Positions 15,731 to 20,211 of a stretch of DNA of 20,211 nucleotides are shown here, piece by piece. This DNA comes from Polyangiaceae bacterium (GTDB lineage: Bacteria > Myxococcota_A > Polyangia > Polyangiales > Polyangiaceae): positions 1 through 20,211 of the forward strand of contig JBILLK010000054.1 of the NCBI GenBank assembly GCA_044376115.1, written 5' to 3'. Numbering within the stretch: the stretch's first letter is position 1; each line of letters opens with the position of its first letter. Made by a program: the position numbers and the translations under genes. The notes under the pieces are model-generated. The model was not told the origin of the DNA. It searched no databases and worked only from the letters and a program-made list of their open reading frames with translations.

Positions 15731-17188
15731 ATGACAATGCACGTGTTGGAGTTCCCGCGAATCCGTAGGTCTGGATGGTTGGCTGTAACGCTCGCGCTCG
15801 TGGTCGGCTGCGCCGAAGTGACGCCGGCGCCCAAGGCCGGAACGAGCGCCGAAGTGGACCCGGCTGCAGCGGACCAAGCGATGCGCAAAGCGCTACCGCC
15901 GCTGACGTTGCCGGCGCCGCTGCCGGAAGCTCCGGTCCCGGCGACCTTCGACGTGGCCAACCTCTCGCAGGCGGTGAGCCCAACGGTGGTGAACATCACC
16001 ACGCGGCAGCGGGTGAATCTGCCGGAGGGTCATCCGTTCGAGTTCTTTTTTGCGCCGGGAGCGCCGCGCGGTGAGCGCACCGGGGCCGGCACCGGCTTCA
16101 TCATCGATCCGGCGGGGTACGTGATCACCAACGAGCACGTGGTCTCCGACGCTGACGAGGTCACGGTGCGGCTCGCCGATGATCGCGAGTTTGTCGCCAA
16201 GGTCGTCGGGCGCGATCCGAAGCTCGATTTGGCGCTGCTCAAGCTGGAGAGCGCCACTGACTTGCCCGCTGCGCGGCTGGGTTCGAGTGCAGCGCTGCGA
16301 ATCGGTGAGCACGTGCTGGCGGTGGGCAATCCGTTCGGTCTGGGTCACACCGTGACGCTCGGCATCGTCAGCGCCAAGTCGCGCAGCATCGGCGCTGGCC
16401 CGTATGACGACTTCATCCAAACCGACGCGTCGATCAACCCCGGCAACTCCGGCGGGCCGCTGTTCAACTGGCGGGGTGAGGTCGTGGGCATCAACACGGC
16501 GATTCGCCCGGATGCAAACAATATTGGCTTCGCCATTCCGATCGACGCGCTCAAAGACGTGCTGGTTCAGTTGCGTGAAAAGGGCCGCGTGGTGCGCGGC
16601 AAACTCGGCCTTGTGTTCCAGCCGATCTCGGCGGAGCTCGCGCGGGCGCTGAAGCTCGATAGTCCGAAGGGCGCGCTGGTCGCTCATATCGAGCCGGGCG
16701 GCGCAGCGGGCCGCGCGGGGATCAAGCCGGGGGATGTGATTCTGGCGGTGAACGGCACCCCGATCGGTCAGGGTGACGAGCTGCCGCGCCGCGTGGCGAA
16801 GAACGCGCCCGGTTCGGAGATCAAGCTCACGGTGGCGCGCGGCGGCAAGACGCTGGAGATCAAAGCGACGCTCGATACGCTCGACGACGATCCGGCGCCT
16901 CCGACGGTGCGCCCGCAGCCGGCTCCGTCCAACAGCCAACTCGGGATCCAGGTCTCCAACCTCAAGAGCGGTGAGGGAGTGCGCGTCGATTCGATCGGCC
17001 GCGGCAGTCCGATCAAAGAGCTGTCTCCCGGCGACATCATCACCGAGGTGGACGGCAAGAGCGTGAAGAACGCCGACGAGCTCGAGAAGCTACTGGCAGC
17101 GGCCAAATCGGGGAGCGTCCTACTCGCGAAGGTTCGGCGTGGAGAGGCCTCACGCTTCGCTCCGATTCCCATCCCCAAGCCGAACTGA
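15731..17188 (+). CDS. HtrA/DegP/DegQ-family serine protease with two PDZ domains, lipoprotein-type signal
   Basis: Catalytic triad contexts TNEHVV, DLALLK and INPGNSGGP; GNPFGLGHTVTLGIVS; two PDZ domains; LALVVGC lipobox. Start is uncertain (15695-15746). Confidence 0.93.
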   Translation: MTMHVLEFPRIRRSGWLAVTLALVVGCAEVTPAPKAGTSAEVDPAAADQAMRKALPPLTLPAPLPEAPVPATFDVANLSQAVSPTVVNITTRQRVNLPEGHPFEFFFAPGAPRGERTGAGTGFIIDPAGYVITNEHVVSDADEVTVRLADDREFVAKVVGRDPKLDLALLKLESATDLPAARLGSSAALRIGEHVLAVGNPFGLGHTVTLGIVSAKSRSIGAGPYDDFIQTDASINPGNSGGPLFNWRGEVVGINTAIRPDANNIGFAIPIDALKDVLVQLREKGRVVRGKLGLVFQPISAELARALKLDSPKGALVAHIEPGGAAGRAGIKPGDVILAVNGTPIGQGDELPRRVAKNAPGSEIKLTVARGGKTLEIKATLDTLDDDPAPPTVRPQPAPSNSQLGIQVSNLKSGEGVRVDSIGRGSPIKELSPGDIITEVDGKSVKNADELEKLLAAAKSGSVLLAKVRRGEASRFAPIPIPKPN

Positions 17189-17212
17189 GCGGCGCGTGAT
17201 TGTGGCACAGCT

Positions 17213-18271
17213 GTGAGCGGCCTTCGGGCCGCTGCTCCTCGGCGGCTTTGGCTGCTTGCGTTCAGCGTCGCCTGGGCGGCGGCTTTCCTTTTGTCGATCG
17301 TGCTCGGCCCGACCAAGCTGCCGCTGGCGCACATCCCAGCGCTCTTGTTCGATCCCGAGCAGCTCGGTGCGGCCGCCGCGTTTCCCGCTCACGAGCCAGT
17401 GGTGCTCTGGGAGTTGCGGCTGCCGCGTGCCCTTTTGTCGGCGATCGTTGGGACGGCGCTGGGCGCTTGTGGCGCGCTCTCGCAAGGGCTCTTCCGCAAC
17501 CCGCTGGCCGACCCGGGCTTGATCGGCGTTTCCGCGGGAGCGATCTTGGGTACGGCGGTGGGCCTGGTGCTGTTGGGGCCGCTGTTCGAGCAATCGCCGG
17601 ATTGGCTGCGCTCGGCGGCGCTGCCGCTGTGCGCCTTCGCGGCGGGCATCGCGGCAACGTTGACGGTGTTGCGCTTGGGTCGGGGAGGGACGCGCGCCGC
17701 GGTGGTGAACATCCTTTTGGCCGGCATCGCGATGAACGCGTTGATGGGCGCGTTGGTCGGGCTCTTGAGCTACGTGGCGAGCGACGCACAGCTGCGCAAC
17801 CTCACCTTTTGGACGCTGGGCGGCTTGGGGCAAGCTTCGTGGTGGCGGGTGTTGTTCTCGCTGCCGCTGGTCCTGATCGCGCTCGGGCTCGGGCTGCGGC
17901 ACGCGCGGGAGCTCGACGTGTTTGCGCTCGGTGAACAAGACGCGACTCTGCTTGGCGTCGACGTCACTCGGTTGCGAAGGGCCGTGGTGGCGGCGCTGGC
18001 GCTCGGCGTTGGAGCGGCGGTGACGGCCGCTGGGATGATCGGCTTCGTCGGCCTGTTGGTACCGCATTTCGTAAGGTTGATCTTTGGTGCGAGCCACCGT
18101 TCGGTCGTGCCGGTTTCGGCGCTGGTGGGTGGCCTTTTGACGATGCTCGCAGATACGTTGGCGCGGGTGATCGCGCCGCCGCTCGAGGTGCCGGTGGGTC
18201 TTTTGACCTCGCTCGTGGGCGCGCCGCTGTTCCTGATTTTGTTGGTTCGAAGCCGCGAGGCGAGCCCGTGA
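17213..18271 (+). CDS. FecCD/HmuU/BtuC-family ABC transporter permease
   Basis: LRLPRALL, QGLFRNPLADPGLIGVSAGA, LLAGIA, FWTLGGL, IGFVGLLVPH, ADTLAR and EVPVGLLTSLVGAPLF. Closest in style to hemin permease HmuU. Confidence 0.93.
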   Translation: MSGLRAAAPRRLWLLAFSVAWAAAFLLSIVLGPTKLPLAHIPALLFDPEQLGAAAAFPAHEPVVLWELRLPRALLSAIVGTALGACGALSQGLFRNPLADPGLIGVSAGAILGTAVGLVLLGPLFEQSPDWLRSAALPLCAFAAGIAATLTVLRLGRGGTRAAVVNILLAGIAMNALMGALVGLLSYVASDAQLRNLTFWTLGGLGQASWWRVLFSLPLVLIALGLGLRHARELDVFALGEQDATLLGVDVTRLRRAVVAALALGVGAAVTAAGMIGFVGLLVPHFVRLIFGASHRSVVPVSALVGGLLTMLADTLARVIAPPLEVPVGLLTSLVGAPLFLILLVRSREASP

Positions 18272-19053
18272 TCGAGCTTGAAGAGGTGAGCGTCGAGCTG
18301 GGTTCCAGGGCCTTGTTCCAAGGGCTCTCGCTTTCGTTTGCGCCGGGCAAATTGACCGGAGTGCTCGGGCCCAACGGCTCCGGGAAGACCACGCTGTTGC
18401 GCGTGGCCGCGGGCGAGCTTTTGCCTGTTCGCGGTCGGGTCAGGTTGGACGCGCGCGATGCGAGCTCGCTTTCGGCGTTGGACAAGGCGCAACAACGCGG
18501 CCTGATGATGCAGGCCTCCGAGCTGGCCTTCGAGTTCACGGTGTTCGAACTGTGCGCGATGGGCCTCTCTCCCTTTGTCCGCAAACGGCCGGAGCAAGTG
18601 CGTGCGGCGGTGATCGCGGTCGCCGACCAGGTCGGGCTTGCTTCACTGCTCGACCGCAGCGTCCGCTCGCTCTCCGGCGGAGAGCGACAACGCGCGCATC
18701 TCGCGCGGGTATTGCTGCAGGTGGAGGCCTCATCCGCAGCGCACCCGGCGCTCTTGCTCGATGAGCCCGCTTCGCACCAAGACCCGGCTTGGCAGTTGGC
18801 GCTGTTCGATTTGCTGCGTGAGCGCGCCGCGAAGGGCGTGACGGTGATCGCGGTGATTCACGATCTCGCGCTCGCTGCTCGCTCCTGCGATGAGCTCGTG
18901 CTGCTCGAGCGCGGTGCGCTGGTACGCGCCGGCACGGTGGACGAGGTGTTCGGCTCCGGGGACGTCGCGAAGGTGTTTGCGGTGGAGCTCGAGTATGAGC
19001 CGCGCACGGCTGAAAGACCGCCGCGTCTTTCGCTCTCCGGCCTTAAGACGTAG
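18268..19053 (+). CDS. ABC transporter ATP-binding subunit, HmuV/FepC-like
   Basis: GPNGSGKTT, LSGGERQRAHLARVLLQ, LLLDEP and IHDL; GTGA overlap with the permease. Confidence 0.92.
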   Translation: MIELEEVSVELGSRALFQGLSLSFAPGKLTGVLGPNGSGKTTLLRVAAGELLPVRGRVRLDARDASSLSALDKAQQRGLMMQASELAFEFTVFELCAMGLSPFVRKRPEQVRAAVIAVADQVGLASLLDRSVRSLSGGERQRAHLARVLLQVEASSAAHPALLLDEPASHQDPAWQLALFDLLRERAAKGVTVIAVIHDLALAARSCDELVLLERGALVRAGTVDEVFGSGDVAKVFAVELEYEPRTAERPPRLSLSGLKT

Positions 19054-19151
19054 CGCCATTCGACGGGCTCGAGCCGTTCCAGGCCCCCTGCGGGCCCTCG
19101 GCAGGATCGCGTGAGCAACTTTTGCGCGGATGTACTAAAGGCGGGAGGGCC

Positions 19152-19991
19152 ATGAGCTGGGCCATTCTCTTTGCCGTTGCCTTCGTTCTATTGGGCGGGG
19201 GAATCGGCCTTCGTCCAGGCGCCTTGTCCAAGCTCGGGTGGGTTCGGTTGGTAGGCCTTGGCGCGGGGCTGTGTGCGGTCTTTGCTCAGCTGCTGCCCGA
19301 ATCGGCGGAGGACCTGGGGCTTTTGGCGTTGGCGCCGTTTTGCGTGGCGCTCGTGCTCTCGGTGGGGTTGGAGGTCGGGTTACGTCCGCGCGTTGGGGGC
19401 GCGGCGACGATGTCGATCGATCTCGGCTTCCTTGCGTTGCTCGGCCATCAGGTGGTGGAAGGCTTCGCGCTGGGGACGCTGGAGACCACGGTCACGCCGA
19501 AGTCGACGGCGCTCTTGGCGATGGGCTCGCTGACGATTCACACGGTGCCGATCGTGGCCGCGTTCACGCTGGCGATTCGCTCGTTGGCGAGCCCCGCCGC
19601 TGCGGCCGGCCGCGTGATCGTGCTCGCCGTTGGTGGCGCGCTCGGCGCTTGGTTCTCGGGCAGTGAGGCTGCGCAAGCCGCGGTCGGCGGAGCCGAGGGT
19701 TGGGTTCATGCCGCGGTCGCCGGTTTGCTGCTGCACGCCGTCTCACACGTCGCTGAGTCGCATGAGCACGCGACCTCACGCGTGAGTCCGGTCGCTCGCA
19801 TTGTAGCCGTCCTGCTCGGGCTCGGTTTGGCGTTGCCCGCCCTGATGGTGCACGAACCGGGGCATCTGTTTCATGCTCAGTCTCTGACCGTGGTGGGTAT
19901 CGCGGTCGTGTTCTCGTCGCTGCTGCTCATCTTCTCGCATCGCGCGAAGGGCCATCATCACGAGCACGCTTCGATCCCGCCGGTGCACTAG
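19152..19991 (+). CDS. Divergent ZIP-like (ZupT) metal transporter / membrane protein with His-rich tail
   Basis: About 8-9 TM segments, QLLPES, HQVVEG (HxxxEG), IHTVP, AGLLLHAVSH and C-terminal GHHHEH; GGAGG RBS before ATG 19152. Confidence 0.6.
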   Translation: MSWAILFAVAFVLLGGGIGLRPGALSKLGWVRLVGLGAGLCAVFAQLLPESAEDLGLLALAPFCVALVLSVGLEVGLRPRVGGAATMSIDLGFLALLGHQVVEGFALGTLETTVTPKSTALLAMGSLTIHTVPIVAAFTLAIRSLASPAAAAGRVIVLAVGGALGAWFSGSEAAQAAVGGAEGWVHAAVAGLLLHAVSHVAESHEHATSRVSPVARIVAVLLGLGLALPALMVHEPGHLFHAQSLTVVGIAVVFSSLLLIFSHRAKGHHHEHASIPPVH

Positions 19992-20015
19992 CAGGCTTCC
20001 TTCTCCGACCGTAAA

Positions 20016-20093
20016 CGTGCCCGTGCCCGTGCCCGATCTCTGAAAAGAGCCGGGCGGGCGCGGGAGAGAAGAGAGAGAAGAGATCGGGCACGG
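20016..20093. repeat. REP-like palindromic element built from CGTGCC hexamers
   Basis: (CGTGCC)x3 at 20016-20033. A perfect 15-bp inverted repeat, CCGTGCCCGATCTCT (20027-20041) / AGAGATCGGGCACGG (20079-20093), encloses a purine-rich 37-nt spacer. Confidence 0.75.
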
Positions 20094-20211
20094 ACTCCCT
20101 ACCGTTCGTCAAGCCGCGATCGCGAGGTTTTGCACAGGTCGTTTGGCGCGGTCGTAGGGCTGGGCCGAGCCGAGTACCGCGACGAGGACCTTGAGGAGAC
20201 GGTCGACGACC
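20092..20211 (-). mobile_element. Right end of a probable IS110-family insertion sequence (continues beyond the window)
   Basis: An IS110-like C-terminal peptide is followed by GC-TTGACG-AACGGTAGGGAGT-CC. This is a very short right end with an outward -35 box overlapping the stop codon, abutting the repeat arm. Confidence 0.65.
20109..20210 (-). CDS. C-terminal 33 aa of a probable IS110-family transposase/recombinase (partial)
   Basis: Not in the ORF track. Reads VVDRLLKVLVAVLGSAQPYDRAKRPVQNLAIAA*, resembling the '..A.RL...L.A.L....YD...AA*' terminal helix of IS110 transposases. Confidence 0.65.
   Translation of the reverse strand, partial: VVDRLLKVLVAVLGSAQPYDRAKRPVQNLAIAA

Noticed and set aside
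14313..16939. 369-aa (+) and 348-aa (-) ORFs
   Set aside because: Antisense shadows of proC and the lipoprotein, and of the HtrA protease.
1..20211. CRISPR array, tRNA, rRNA or prophage genes
   Set aside because: No regularly spaced direct repeats, cloverleaf or rRNA signatures, or phage hallmark proteins were seen.

Overview
GC-rich bacterial chromosomal window, most likely from a myxobacterium (Myxococcota, Polyangiaceae/Sorangiineae-like). The assignment rests on two MYXO-CTERM-type sorting signals, a Hanks-type kinase paired with an ECF sigma factor, and a sphingosine-1-phosphate-lyase-like gene. It is densely coding with about 22 CDSs. These include trmB, pip, proC, an ErpA/IscA carrier, a DegP/HtrA protease, a HmuUV-like ABC permease and ATPase, a PilZ protein, a crotonase, a Zn-ADH, a DAO-family oxidase, a GT-C-like membrane protein and a ZIP-like transporter. 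The RNase P RNA gene rnpB (- strand) and its terminator are also present. Highlights: (1) At the right edge, the C-terminal tail and right end of a probable IS110-family (bridge-recombinase-type) element abuts a (CGTGCC)n palindromic REP-like repeat, which it appears to have interrupted. (2) An SPL-like/TetR operon has two tandem 15-bp palindromic operators over a perfect TTGACA -35 box. (3) A kinase/ECF sigma pair has Ser in place of the usual Glu in the sigma DAED motif and a duplicated 4-Cys extracytoplasmic module on the kinase. (4) A leaderless-promoter signature recurs at several genes. All protein calls come from motif recognition by eye; no database searches were run.
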